Shown one piece after another: positions 1 to 10,065 of a stretch of 64,000 nt of DNA. The notes under the pieces were generated by a model. The model worked only from the letters and a program-made list of their open reading frames with translations, was not told the origin of the DNA and made no database searches. The translations under genes were made by a program, and so were the position numbers. The number at the start of each line of letters is the position of its first letter. The stretch's first letter is position 1. The DNA comes from a virus: IMG/VR virus record IMGVR_UViG_3300030117_004232, positions 9,969 through 73,968 of that record; one strand, 5' to 3'.

Positions 1-1060
1 GCAGAAAGAGCATGATAGAATATTACTCAGAGATGCTAAGTCTACTTACATGGCTGGAGAACTTCGACAACCCAAGTGGGTATTGCTCAGTCCCGGCAAT
101 GATGTTGTACTCATGGTTCTTGAACGCAGAGGCAACGGCCCCTACACATATCGATTGGGTACTGGACCAATTACACAAGATGAATCACTTGGTAAGCGTG
201 GTGTTGAGATTGATGGCAATACCTACATGGATATGGGTGCCGCCTTTGATAGTTCTGAAAAGTTCAATGTTGGCGACCATGTACGTGTCAACGTAGCCAA
301 CGTAGGTGAAATGGAAACCAATGGTCAGAAACTGTACAATGTATCCGCTTCAGAAATTGTCAGTGAAGCAGAAGGTGAAGGACTGGTAAGTCAGGAAACA
401 CTTGCTTTGCTGGCCAAGTCGGAATCTGAGCAATGGTTGTGTGAAGTTCAGCGTACAGCCAGTGGAGTGCGAATTACAATGCCACAGGGTGATGTTGTGT
501 ACAAGACCACACAATCTGGAAGCCTATGGACTATGCATAGCCCGTTGGCCCCCAACCACTATCTCATCCGTTTGGCTGAAAGTCAAAGACCCTATTGGGC
601 ACCTGTAGCGGGTGCAATGCTCAAGGCTGATGTTGATATTGCTGAGAAAGAAGAAGTGCACGACAATGGGTATGAAGCCGGTGAGGCCAAGCCGTTCATC
701 AAGCCAAAGAAAATCAAAGACACGAATTGGTGGGCAAAAAACGAGAAGCAGAAGGTTTTGGTCAAAGGCTTGAAACTTGTTGAACAGATGCTCAAGAGTG
801 GTGTTGGTTCTGTTGGTACAACGACTACAGGTACAATGGGCTTGGGCATTGGGTATGCAACTCCTATAGAATCGCCTACTGGTCCTACAAACCTACATGA
901 TGCAAAAACCATGCCTGACTATGACAACAAAAAGCGACCCGGAGAAGACTACTCTATAGAACCGGGTACGGAGGAAGAAGAGGGGGCTAAACACATGACT
1001 GTGCCCCTAAAGGAAGGTACACTTGAGGTATCTGACTCCACGGCTCGCTTCCATAGTTGA
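1..1060 (+). CDS. 3' part of an ATP-dependent DNA ligase-like protein in the head module (5'-truncated by the window)
   Basis: The frame is open from base 2: QKEHDRILLRDAKSTYMAGELRQPKWVLL, resembling ligase motifs IV-V (EG.hhK...S.Y..G.R...W.K), followed by a beta-rich OB-like segment and an acidic tail. The ORF-track start at 50 is probably internal. Confidence 0.6.
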   Translation, partial: QKEHDRILLRDAKSTYMAGELRQPKWVLLSPGNDVVLMVLERRGNGPYTYRLGTGPITQDESLGKRGVEIDGNTYMDMGAAFDSSEKFNVGDHVRVNVANVGEMETNGQKLYNVSASEIVSEAEGEGLVSQETLALLAKSESEQWLCEVQRTASGVRITMPQGDVVYKTTQSGSLWTMHSPLAPNHYLIRLAESQRPYWAPVAGAMLKADVDIAEKEEVHDNGYEAGEAKPFIKPKKIKDTNWWAKNEKQKVLVKGLKLVEQMLKSGVGSVGTTTTGTMGLGIGYATPIESPTGPTNLHDAKTMPDYDNKKRPGEDYSIEPGTEEEEGAKHMTVPLKEGTLEVSDSTARFHS

Positions 1061-1068
1061 TTAAATAG
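1059..1068 (+). promoter_or_regulatory. Putative late TATA box (GATTAAATAG)
   Basis: TTAAATAG ends 23 nt before the protease ATG at 1092 and there is no Shine-Dalgarno. This spacing is typical of a leaderless archaeal transcript. Confidence 0.5.
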
Positions 1069-1091
1069 TATGACTAGGTCTATAGACAGCA

Positions 1092-2471
1092 ATGGTCCTG
1101 ACCACTCAGATGCGCACTTCCCCTGTTGAACACAGCGGAAGCATCAGTATTGTCAAGGCAGATAATGACCTTGTCATCGCAGGTTACGCATCTGTAGAGA
1201 TGGTTGACAAGCAAGGTGACCTTATCACACGCGGAGCCCTAAAGGATGCCTTTGATGGATTCATGAAGGCTGATGGATTCCGCAATGTACAACTCGCACA
1301 CTCCAACATTCAGGTTGGTAGTGTTATTCCTTCGTACACTGACTCTGACGGTCGTGTATGGAAATCCGGTGTCGATGACGCCGGTATGTTCGTTGTTATC
1401 CAACTAAGGGATGACATCGAAAAGGCTCGTGAAGTAGCCAATGAAATTCGCAAAGGGGCCCTTCGTGGCTTCAGTATTGGAGGGCAAGCGTTCAAGCGCA
1501 TGCGTAAGAGTGACCAACAACACGGTGACTACACTGAAATCTCCAAACTGGAATTGCACGAGGTAACCATTTGCGAAAAGGGTATCAATCCCGAAGCGAC
1601 CTTCCGCATATTGAAGGAGGACACAACAATGAGTGATGAAATGAATGCATTGGAAGAACTAGGCAGCGTCTTGGACCGCTTGAGCAAGCGGATGGACAAC
1701 ATGGAAAAGGGCGAAATTCCCGAGGGCTTGAAAGAGCACATGAAAGACGAGAAAGACGAAAAAGGCGATTCCGACGAAAAAGACAATGGAGATGACAAAG
1801 ACATGGACAAAGAAGAAAAAGGCATGTACAAAGGTGATGACCAATACGCCGATGTTATCAGCAGCGAGTACCTAAACTGGATGGAAAACACACTGAAGTC
1901 TCAGGGTGTTGACACTGGTGCAGCCCGTGCTCACTTTGATGACATCAACAAGGCCAACCTTGGTAGCACACCTGAGCAAATCGGCGACGGCGCTAACTAC
2001 TTTGGCGGACAAGTTAAGGGACGTGCACAAGAAGGTGGAAGTCCATCAACTAACGCTATCAGCCGCATGAACAGTGGCGGCGGCGGAGAAGTTGCAAAGG
2101 GTTACCTCGCACCTGATAACGTATCAGCAAGCGACCTAGAGGCAGCATACGAAGTCTACAAGGCCGCAGCACTAGAACAACAATTCAAGGGTAACTTGAA
2201 CACAGTGTTCTCTGACCGACTACAGAAGGAACTCAGCGCAGAAGCAGAGGCACGCGAAGCCTCTTCCTTTGACGCTCGTGGACCTCTCGCAAGCATTGAG
2301 AAGGCAATCGCTGACCTCGGTGCTCGCATCGATGGACTTACTTCAGAAGAAGGTGGAGCAACTCTCCGCAAGGCAGTTGACCAATCCGCTGTCGAAATCC
2401 CTTCCACTGAAGAACTAGCAAACATGGACTGGAGCCAAGTACACCAGTTGGCTGGGAGTGTTTGGAACTGA
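1092..2471 (+). CDS. HK97-type prohead protease fused to a C-terminal scaffold
   Basis: Motifs IAGYASVEMVDKQGD, LAHSN (His), GFSIGG (Ser) and LHEVT are followed by an acidic/helical ~280-aa extension. The gene lies directly upstream of the capsid gene. Confidence 0.9.
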   Translation: MVLTTQMRTSPVEHSGSISIVKADNDLVIAGYASVEMVDKQGDLITRGALKDAFDGFMKADGFRNVQLAHSNIQVGSVIPSYTDSDGRVWKSGVDDAGMFVVIQLRDDIEKAREVANEIRKGALRGFSIGGQAFKRMRKSDQQHGDYTEISKLELHEVTICEKGINPEATFRILKEDTTMSDEMNALEELGSVLDRLSKRMDNMEKGEIPEGLKEHMKDEKDEKGDSDEKDNGDDKDMDKEEKGMYKGDDQYADVISSEYLNWMENTLKSQGVDTGAARAHFDDINKANLGSTPEQIGDGANYFGGQVKGRAQEGGSPSTNAISRMNSGGGGEVAKGYLAPDNVSASDLEAAYEVYKAAALEQQFKGNLNTVFSDRLQKELSAEAEAREASSFDARGPLASIEKAIADLGARIDGLTSEEGGATLRKAVDQSAVEIPSTEELANMDWSQVHQLAGSVWN

Positions 2472-2500
2472 GTTTCCACAAATAAAATGGAGGAATAAAA

Positions 2501-3664
2501 ATGGCACGAAATTATATGCGAACAGTAAATGACATGGAGCGCTACTACTACGGCGCTGGCAGTTCAATGGGCTACTCCTACAGTGGCTCAGAGTTGCTCA
2601 AAGCGGATGCACCGCTCCTAAGCACAACTGCTGGTACCTACCAAGCAATCTACGGACGAAAGGTATGGTCACAGTTGAACCAAGAATTCAACGCTTTCAG
2701 CGTTCTACCCAAGAAGCCTTGGGACCGAAGCGGATGGCGCGTTGTCACCGCAAAGCCTTCCAAGACTGTCGGCGGCGGTATTGCTGAGAACGGTACACTA
2801 CCAGAAACCACCAAGCCTACTTTCCAGCATGTGGCTGCAAAGCCCAAGACTGTGGCTCACTCATTCGATATGAGCGAAGTTGCAATCTTCCTTAACGACA
2901 AGGATGATGGTCTAGGTGACATCCGCTCAGTTCTCAAAGAAGAGATGGGCAAGCACCACGCAGAGCACATCAACGATATGCTACTTACTGATGTAGACAC
3001 CCCAGCAGGCAACGACATCGAGTCGCTTGACCGTGTAACGGCAGCATTCAGTAACAACGCAACTACCACAACTGGTCTAGTCAATGGACACGACAACCTA
3101 AGCGCCGATGCAGACCTAGACATCTACAGCATTGACCGAAGTGCAAACTCATGGTCAAACGCTGAGCACAGCAACAACGCTGTGTCCAACACATCAACCA
3201 ACAGAACCCTCAGTCTTGACCTTCTTGACGATATGTTCCAGCGAATCTGGGTTCGTGGTGGTAACCCCAAGGTTATGTTGACTGGATATGATACACTAAT
3301 GCGCATCCAGCAACTACTACAGAGCCAACAGCGATTCATGGAAGAAAAGCGTGTTGTCCCAACCTACAACGGCGTAAAGGGTGTTCCCGGCGTCGAGGCT
3401 GGTTTCATTGTGGCTACCTACAACGGTGTCCCAATCATTCCAACCAAGGAAATGACATCTGATGGCATCAGCCGTATCTACATGATGGACACAGATTACT
3501 TGTACTTCAGTACTGGTAAGCCCACACAATACTTTGAGTCTGGCATTGAGACTGGTGACCCATTCGCCATCAACCGCCTTGGACAAGAGGGACTTTACCG
3601 AACAATGGGTGAAGTTTGGACTACTTTCTTTGGAGGTCAAGGTTCAATCCGCGACTTGCAGTGA
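2501..3664 (+). CDS. Major capsid protein (HK97 fold)
   Basis: 387 aa, directly after the protease, with strong SD (GGAGG). It has HK97-like segments (LPKKPW..SGWRV, GVPIIP) and a probable maturation site LLK34|A35. Confidence 0.9.
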   Translation: MARNYMRTVNDMERYYYGAGSSMGYSYSGSELLKADAPLLSTTAGTYQAIYGRKVWSQLNQEFNAFSVLPKKPWDRSGWRVVTAKPSKTVGGGIAENGTLPETTKPTFQHVAAKPKTVAHSFDMSEVAIFLNDKDDGLGDIRSVLKEEMGKHHAEHINDMLLTDVDTPAGNDIESLDRVTAAFSNNATTTTGLVNGHDNLSADADLDIYSIDRSANSWSNAEHSNNAVSNTSTNRTLSLDLLDDMFQRIWVRGGNPKVMLTGYDTLMRIQQLLQSQQRFMEEKRVVPTYNGVKGVPGVEAGFIVATYNGVPIIPTKEMTSDGISRIYMMDTDYLYFSTGKPTQYFESGIETGDPFAINRLGQEGLYRTMGEVWTTFFGGQGSIRDLQ

Positions 3665-3698
3665 GGATTATGGAGAATAAAACAGGAGATGATTAATT

Positions 3699-4103
3699 AT
3701 GGCACAACAATTGACAGTAACCGCAGCAGGTGGAAGCATGGCAGCAGTATTGCATGGCGCATGGGAACTACGAGCAGGCTCTCAAGATACAGCCGAGTGG
3801 CAAGACGGAGCAGCCGATGTAACTTATCCCGGCGGAGGCCCCGGAACCTTCCAAGCATCTAATTCAGATGGAGCAACTGGATATGACCCAGCCCCAAAAA
3901 TGGCACTCATTGGACTTGCAGATGTAGCAGATAGTAACACAGTAACACTAAGTGGTGGCGCTACTGCAATCATTAGCGCACTCGTGTCTAATGGTGACGC
4001 AAATGTAGCACAAGGAGTTGGATGTAACCACTCTGGCCTTGTCGTCACAATGGAGACAGACGGAGCCGTAGGGACTGCACAACTATTGGTGTTCTACAAC
4101 TGA
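3699..4103 (+). CDS. Putative capsid decoration/minor head protein
   Basis: Small Ala/Gly/Thr-rich beta protein right after the capsid gene, with SD. Confidence 0.5.
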   Translation: MAQQLTVTAAGGSMAAVLHGAWELRAGSQDTAEWQDGAADVTYPGGGPGTFQASNSDGATGYDPAPKMALIGLADVADSNTVTLSGGATAIISALVSNGDANVAQGVGCNHSGLVVTMETDGAVGTAQLLVFYN

Positions 4104-4114
4104 GTTGATTCAAC

Positions 4115-4534
4115 ATGCCTTTGGTAACCTACCTTGGTCCTTTCTTTTTGCGTCGGCGTCCAGATAACGCTGGCCAATGGGAAAGGAACATTACTGAGGA
4201 GGTCAGTCAAGAGTGGCTCGATACATACCGTCGTGCTATCTGTGGCAACCCCACCGCTTTCCGAGTAGAAGGCGATGAGGGTGTCACGGTAGACGATGGT
4301 GACGGACTACCTGACAACGGATGGACCAAAAAGGACATCACAGCATGGTTAAAGGCACAGGGTGCTGAAGTGGGTGGATATGCAACGAAGAGCAAATTAC
4401 TTGGACTTGTAGCACAAACACTAAACCCACCAGCCCCTGAGCCTGAACCAGTCGTTGAGGAAGTCCAAGAAGAAGTCCCGGCTGACGTTCCAGAGGAAGT
4501 TGAAGAACAACAAATTACAGGAGATGAAGAATAA
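4115..4534 (+). CDS. Protein with HeH/LEM-like helix-extension-helix and acidic tail
   Basis: WTKKDITAWLKAQG...ATKSKLLGLV followed by an E/P-rich C-terminus. Confidence 0.55.
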   Translation: MPLVTYLGPFFLRRRPDNAGQWERNITEEVSQEWLDTYRRAICGNPTAFRVEGDEGVTVDDGDGLPDNGWTKKDITAWLKAQGAEVGGYATKSKLLGLVAQTLNPPAPEPEPVVEEVQEEVPADVPEEVEEQQITGDEE

Positions 4535-4776
4535 TGGCAATAACAATAGACAGCAGAACTCATATTATAGGCGACTTGATGCTAATATCAGGAACTTGGG
4601 CTAATGGCGACACATCAATTGATGTATCTTCACACTTAAGTTCTGTAGTTATGGCATTCGTATGTCCTTCAACAACCACTGAACAAGCCAACCCAGTCAG
4701 TATCGTAGGTACCACAATTCACTTCACTGAAAGTGGTAGCGATGACGGTGTTTGGTCTGCAATTGGTAAGCGCTGA
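4534..4776 (+). CDS. Small putative virion protein
   Basis: TAATG coupling to the upstream gene; beta-rich, 80 aa. Confidence 0.55.
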   Translation: MAITIDSRTHIIGDLMLISGTWANGDTSIDVSSHLSSVVMAFVCPSTTTEQANPVSIVGTTIHFTESGSDDGVWSAIGKR

Positions 4777-4792
4777 TTGGAGGTAAGCCTCC

Positions 4793-5011
4793 ATGGCAGT
4801 ACTGAGTGGTTATGGCACTAGGGTCATTGGGCCCTATTCGCCCCAGCAAATAGCAGATGGTACCGCAAATGCGGCTATCCAAGCAGACATCAGAGCCACA
4901 GGTGGCACTGGTGCACTTGGAGTAGCGGCTGCGAGTACGACTGCTTTGGTTGACATTAACCCATTCATGTCCCTAGGAAACCAATACTTTCTCTTAACCT
5001 ACACAGTGTGA
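4793..5011 (+). CDS. Small putative virion protein
   Basis: SD GGAGG; lies within the head operon. Confidence 0.55.
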   Translation: MAVLSGYGTRVIGPYSPQQIADGTANAAIQADIRATGGTGALGVAAASTTALVDINPFMSLGNQYFLLTYTV

Positions 5012-5020
5012 GGTTAATTC

Positions 5021-5302
5021 ATGGAAGCCTTTGGCAACCTCGGACTTGAGGACATTGAACGCTTACAGAAGCGCGGTATTCGACTTAACGAGTCATACGG
5101 CGCTTCTGTACGCACCAATGAAGATAACCCCCTTGAGGGCGTTACACTCAAGCAACGTAATCGCAATAAACATGCTGGGGATGTCCTCAACATCGGTGCA
5201 GGAACGCGCTGTAAGCACTGTGGCATGCTCCACTTTTGCTGGGTTGACAAGTGCCGTACTTGCGGTATTCAGATGGATTACAATTTGAGCACAAGAGAAT
5301 AG
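5021..5302 (+). CDS. Zn-ribbon protein
   Basis: CKHC...CRTC motifs; SD GAGG. Confidence 0.65.
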   Translation: MEAFGNLGLEDIERLQKRGIRLNESYGASVRTNEDNPLEGVTLKQRNRNKHAGDVLNIGAGTRCKHCGMLHFCWVDKCRTCGIQMDYNLSTRE

Positions 5303-5346
5303 GTTATTGGGAAGGTACACTGTGGCTCAGGTGAGGGGAATGAACC

Positions 5347-6960
5347 ATGCCAGTAGTATTCAGTCCCGGTGAGCCTGAAACGCGACCCTTAGAACCTGAC
5401 GCAATCGTCTATACGACTGCTCAGAAGGTCGCTGACCTGCTTGGTGTAGGTCGAGGAGAGGCTGTTCTTGCTAGTGCTAATTCTGTATCTGATGGTGTGT
5501 ATGTTACTGGTGGAGACTTTCGGGACCATGGCTTTGCTGTAAATGATACTGTACTCATCTATAGTGATTTAGACCCGCTAGGAACTGAGTTGAACATTAC
5601 TTCCATGGCAAATGGTGGGGCGAGTGGTGTTAAATTAGTCACAGATACTTCCTTTACTCATAGTAACTTTACTACTGCTGCCAATACGTATGTTCAGAAC
5701 ACAGCATCATTCACCAACGGCAAGACCCGTGGTGTGACCAAGGCTATTGTAGAGACACGTATCAAAGAGATTCAGGACCGCATTGACAACATCACCCACA
5801 ATGCTTGGAGGCCCTATCTAGTGGCTGCTGAGTACATCAATTTCGATACCTACAAGCCCTATCGGCGTCGATACTACACAGACTATGTGGGTACCACGCC
5901 TCTTTTGTTCCGCAATGTTCAACAAATTCTACGCCTAGAAGTCTGGCAGGGTGAGCACTACAGAGAATTGGGTTCTGCTGAAGTTCGCGTTGAATTGAAA
6001 GATACTTTGACAACTGCTGAAACTATCCACATAGGACTTGAAGGTGGATTTAAAGCAGATATTGGAGCGGCCACAAGCAACACTACGGGTTCATTTGACA
6101 TTAGATTTGACAAGGTCAACGCTGCACAGAGTTTAGCAGACTTAGTCAATAATGAGGACCGAGTCGGTAAGACTGCAATTAACTTTGTAGACAAAGATGG
6201 AGGTAACTTTACAATGGCAGGTAGTACATCTAATGTGTCTTTGCACAATGAAATTCTCGCAACGGCTAACGCCGATTACGGAAATGGTAAGGTAAAACTC
6301 ACAAGTATGCGTCAAACAAAAGGTGGTGAATCAGTAAGCATTGCGTCTACTAATTTAGATGACATTGCCTTTTCTCAAATGACATCTGTAAGTACCACTT
6401 CTACCAGTGTTTCTAGCACCACTGTACATGTAGCCAGTACTACTGGATTTGCTGATGGAGGAGTATTGATGGTTGGTGATGGGACTGGAACTAACGTAGA
6501 AACTTTGACCTACCAAAGTAAAACTGCTACTAGTTTTGTAGGCTGCGCCAATCTAAATGGAACACCACTAAGCACATTAAATACTGGAGGCACTACTGTA
6601 TTCCAGTATTTGTTCCAATCAGATATTGGTGCATTTTCTGATGCTGGTGGTGACCAAGCGCGTCTGAAAGACTGGTGGTTGGATTCGGAAATGGGTATCA
6701 TTTACTTCAACAACTCTTATCCATTCTTTGAGTGGAATGCTGTCAAAGTATCCTATATCTATGGAGAACGCTATTTGGAGAAGGCCATTGAAGAAGCCGC
6801 AACCAAATTGACGGCTTCAGAACTTCTCATGGCGGATGACCGCTCAGTGCTTATCCCTGAAGGGACACAGAATGTTGACCTTGGTTCCAAGATTCAACTG
6901 TATCGCCAAGAAGCGATGGAGATTCTGAATCGATACAAGGAGATAGTTGTGTTCGCTTGA
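5347..6960 (+). CDS. Head-tail adaptor with large beta-domain insertions
   Basis: N-terminal YTTAQKVADLLG and C-terminal VKVSYIYG...IEEAATKL are typical of SPP1 gp15/HK97 gp6-like adaptors; position fits. Confidence 0.7.
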   Translation: MPVVFSPGEPETRPLEPDAIVYTTAQKVADLLGVGRGEAVLASANSVSDGVYVTGGDFRDHGFAVNDTVLIYSDLDPLGTELNITSMANGGASGVKLVTDTSFTHSNFTTAANTYVQNTASFTNGKTRGVTKAIVETRIKEIQDRIDNITHNAWRPYLVAAEYINFDTYKPYRRRYYTDYVGTTPLLFRNVQQILRLEVWQGEHYRELGSAEVRVELKDTLTTAETIHIGLEGGFKADIGAATSNTTGSFDIRFDKVNAAQSLADLVNNEDRVGKTAINFVDKDGGNFTMAGSTSNVSLHNEILATANADYGNGKVKLTSMRQTKGGESVSIASTNLDDIAFSQMTSVSTTSTSVSSTTVHVASTTGFADGGVLMVGDGTGTNVETLTYQSKTATSFVGCANLNGTPLSTLNTGGTTVFQYLFQSDIGAFSDAGGDQARLKDWWLDSEMGIIYFNNSYPFFEWNAVKVSYIYGERYLEKAIEEAATKLTASELLMADDRSVLIPEGTQNVDLGSKIQLYRQEAMEILNRYKEIVVFA

Positions 6961-6969
6961 GGTGATGGT

Positions 6970-7419
6970 ATGGTAGCAACATGGAAAGAGCCACTCAATA
7001 CCGTCATTGATATTCTCAAAGACAATTGGAATCGGGCGAACAGTGACAACATCAAGCCTGTCATTTTGGACATTGCTTCAGAGGGGCCAGAGCGAGGCAA
7101 GCGCTTAGATTTGCAACGTAGTGACTTTATCCTATGCTACGAAACAGCACTGAATGAAGAAGTGCCTGATTTACTGTACAACTTTGTCACAACTCGCGTC
7201 AATATCACTGTGGACATGCGCACTACGCGTGGTCGTTCCCGATTGCGCAAATTAGAGAATGAGATGCGTAGGGTCATCCATACTCAGCGAAAGGGCGACG
7301 GTGTCAATTTTGACCGCATGATTCTCAAGACTCGCACTGATTTAAGCGACAGAAGCAAGAAGTTGTATCGACACACCTTCCAAGTAGAGGTCGTTATACT
7401 GGCGGAGGCGATTCCATGA
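6970..7419 (+). CDS. Tail terminator/completion protein
   Basis: 149 aa between adaptor and tail tube; VNITVDMRT and YRHTFQVEV strands. Confidence 0.6.
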   Translation: MVATWKEPLNTVIDILKDNWNRANSDNIKPVILDIASEGPERGKRLDLQRSDFILCYETALNEEVPDLLYNFVTTRVNITVDMRTTRGRSRLRKLENEMRRVIHTQRKGDGVNFDRMILKTRTDLSDRSKKLYRHTFQVEVVILAEAIP

Positions 7420-9419
7420 CCTTTGGTGCGCATTACAAGGGAGATGTCTCAGAGGTTACCATGGGTCACGAGACTGGATTGTATCTGGAATGCAATGAAC
7501 CTCTGACATTTTCTGCAAGCACCACTGCTGGCAATGATTACACAGAGATTACCTTCGCGGGCACTGGGGCTGCCAATACAGATGTGGGCGCATCTGGAAT
7601 ACTATCTGTTCCTCTAGGGATGCTTATTGGCTGTAGGATGACCTTTCACGGCTCCGCTGGTAACTTTTCACCTTATTACTACGAGTCTCTTAGTGGGCGC
7701 ACTTACACGATTGTAGACCACACATTGGACACTGTAACGAAAATCAAGATTGTGCCTGCCCTTGCTACAGGGAGCATTAGTGGCACTAACAACAATGATG
7801 TTATTTGCATTCATTCTCTTGGCTTACCTACACTTGCAGCCAGTAGTGAGTTCACGATGAATTCCAGTGCTGCAACATCCAAGGAGTTCAGCCTCATTGA
7901 CCAGTTTATCGGATTGGCTTCTTTCATGACGCTACCTGATACAACTGTGGACTTACACAAGTATCACATCGTGGGTCTAGGTAGACAAGCCGCAGTACAA
8001 CAGACAGGTAAGGTTCATCACAAAGGTGGTTCGCTTGAAATGCCATTGCATGATGCTCGTTGGCTTTACTACAGTCTAGGTAAAGAGGTCGTTGATTGGC
8101 AAAACTGTGGTGCTGCGCCATCCAGTTCGTCTGTAAGGAGTAGTGTAGCGACTGGTATTTCGGCAGGGCAGACTTACATTGACATGCCAACCAATGCGAA
8201 CTTTGGTAGTACAACTGCTGGAGTTGGAGATTATATTCTTATCAAAGACACAACTTTGACGCCAACGACTACTTACAAGGCCCCTGATTTGGCTACCAAT
8301 ACCTATTGGCCAGTGGCTTCTGGAGCAGGATTGGCCGCTGAGGATGAACATTTTGAGTGGGCTGAAACCAGTGAGATTCGCCGAATTACTGCATTTACTG
8401 CATTGTCTAGTGGTGTACGCCTGTTTGTCGATGACCCTTGGGCATTCTCTCATGGAACTTGTGACGTGTACTTGCGTGAGGCAGATGACAATGCACCCAC
8501 GATTGCGACAGACAAGAGCATCACCAATCCTGTCAAGCACCTTCTTTTCTCTAGTGACACTATACCTTCGTTTTGCATGGAACACAGTATTCGTAATCGT
8601 GATATGGGTTCTTACAGTCAAGAGGCTGGCTCTGCTGCACCGGGAGCCTCTACAGATGCAAAGCAGTTGACAAGAGTATTCAGAGGATGCAAAGTTGTTG
8701 AGTGGGAACTATCATCAACAGTAGATGCTGAACTCAAGTACAGATGTATCTTTGATGCCCTTTCCTGTTATACCGATACAGGTCGTTTAGAATCAGCAAA
8801 CAAAGGTGACCGATATACTGCTCATCGCATGTTCCAAAACACAGCCACAGATGCTGCCAGTCGAGTTGCGTCTGGCATCGCTAGTGGTAGTGAGAAGCCA
8901 TTTATGTTTTACAATGGTACGGTCAAAGCCTTCGGTGGTAGTATCGGATTCATAACTTCATTTGAATTACGTGGTAAGACAGGCGTAGAATTGTTTCACA
9001 CCATCCAAGGCACCACTGTAGCAGAAAGTGTAGATTCTGATAATCTGTCAACCAAACAGGTACCTTATGGGGGCACACGCAATGCATCAATTATCAGAGA
9101 AGGGCGCGAAGAGTTTGAAATGGATATGGTAATTGCACTTACAGATGCCAACATGTGGCACCAATTGCGTAGCCATGTAGAGCAGAGCGCTACGGTGGGA
9201 ACTACAGGAGATGCAGCAGGCTTTATTGAACTACATTTCACCAAGCCCGTAACTGCAAATGCAGACCGAGCACCTTCTATTCGCGTCATTGTGGACGATT
9301 ATGTTATCACTGAGGCCCCTATTCCAGTACCAGACGACAAGGGGCTTCTCTTCTCTAAGATTCGGATTGAGCCGCGAAATATCAAAGTCATGTCCACTGA
9401 TACAACTTTCCATTACTGA
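7416..9419 (+). CDS. Tail tube (major tail) protein with inserted accessory domains
   Basis: LPDTTVDLHKYHIVGLGR and TRVFRGCKVVEWELS segments; position before the chaperone genes; no sheath gene seen. Confidence 0.65.
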   Translation: MTFGAHYKGDVSEVTMGHETGLYLECNEPLTFSASTTAGNDYTEITFAGTGAANTDVGASGILSVPLGMLIGCRMTFHGSAGNFSPYYYESLSGRTYTIVDHTLDTVTKIKIVPALATGSISGTNNNDVICIHSLGLPTLAASSEFTMNSSAATSKEFSLIDQFIGLASFMTLPDTTVDLHKYHIVGLGRQAAVQQTGKVHHKGGSLEMPLHDARWLYYSLGKEVVDWQNCGAAPSSSSVRSSVATGISAGQTYIDMPTNANFGSTTAGVGDYILIKDTTLTPTTTYKAPDLATNTYWPVASGAGLAAEDEHFEWAETSEIRRITAFTALSSGVRLFVDDPWAFSHGTCDVYLREADDNAPTIATDKSITNPVKHLLFSSDTIPSFCMEHSIRNRDMGSYSQEAGSAAPGASTDAKQLTRVFRGCKVVEWELSSTVDAELKYRCIFDALSCYTDTGRLESANKGDRYTAHRMFQNTATDAASRVASGIASGSEKPFMFYNGTVKAFGGSIGFITSFELRGKTGVELFHTIQGTTVAESVDSDNLSTKQVPYGGTRNASIIREGREEFEMDMVIALTDANMWHQLRSHVEQSATVGTTGDAAGFIELHFTKPVTANADRAPSIRVIVDDYVITEAPIPVPDDKGLLFSKIRIEPRNIKVMSTDTTFHY

Positions 9420-9428
9420 GGTGAAAAT

Positions 9429-9782
9429 ATGCGCTGGTCTTCTCTACATCCTCGCATTAAACCCGAACCTGTTGTAGAAGAGCCTGTAGAAGAACCTGTG
9501 GTCACATTTGACCCAGAGGCTGGTAAAGCCAGCGACAACCCATTCCATGAATCTTTGAAGTATGGAGAAGATAGTACTGTCAAAGAATTGAAAGAACTAC
9601 TGAGAGCAAAGGAATTGCCCGTCAGTGGAACCAAGGCTGAGTTAATTGCTCGCCTTGAAGCATCTGAAACAGAGGCCACCGAAGAGGTCACCGCTGAAGA
9701 AGATGAGGAGGTCCCCGCAGATGCGGCTACCTCCGATGAGGAAGTGAGTAAGTATGTCACAGGAGAAGAAACTGAAAATTAA
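9429..9782 (+). CDS. SAP-domain protein with acidic flanks
   Basis: TVKELKELLRAKELPVSGTKAELIARL is a canonical SAP motif. Confidence 0.85.
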   Translation: MRWSSLHPRIKPEPVVEEPVEEPVVTFDPEAGKASDNPFHESLKYGEDSTVKELKELLRAKELPVSGTKAELIARLEASETEATEEVTAEEDEEVPADAATSDEEVSKYVTGEETEN

Positions 9783-10065
9783 CGACACCCCCACGCAAGT
9801 TACAGCCAAACGCCTGACATTCTTTGATATTCAGGCAACTGCGCCCTTGCTTATGAATGGGAATCTAGACTTTAGCGACTATTGGAATCATGCGTTTAGC
9901 CAGTGGCTAACGTGTGACCCACCTGTTGATTACAACTCATTAAGCCCTGAAGATGGGGCTGAACTCGCCAAACTACTTCCTGACCCCAGCGAAGTCATGG
10001 GGTGGCTAGTTTTTCGGGAAGCGAAGCCGGACGAATCAGACACTTTGTCCATGGGAGACCAGTGA
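9754..10065 (+). CDS. Tail assembly chaperone (lambda gpG-like)
   Basis: Lies between tail tube and tape-measure-like gene; typical size. Confidence 0.55.
   Translation: MSQEKKLKINDTPTQVTAKRLTFFDIQATAPLLMNGNLDFSDYWNHAFSQWLTCDPPVDYNSLSPEDGAELAKLLPDPSEVMGWLVFREAKPDESDTLSMGDQ

Noticed and set aside
12-296. 94-aa ORF at the window start
   Set aside because: It overlaps the ligase-like frame, which has recognisable motifs and is open from base 2.
2603-2620. ADAPLL shared between the mature capsid N-terminus and the MIDTDKY family
   Set aside because: It is only six residues with different codons and context, and the family motif derives from LIA.AP.LL. Probably coincidence.
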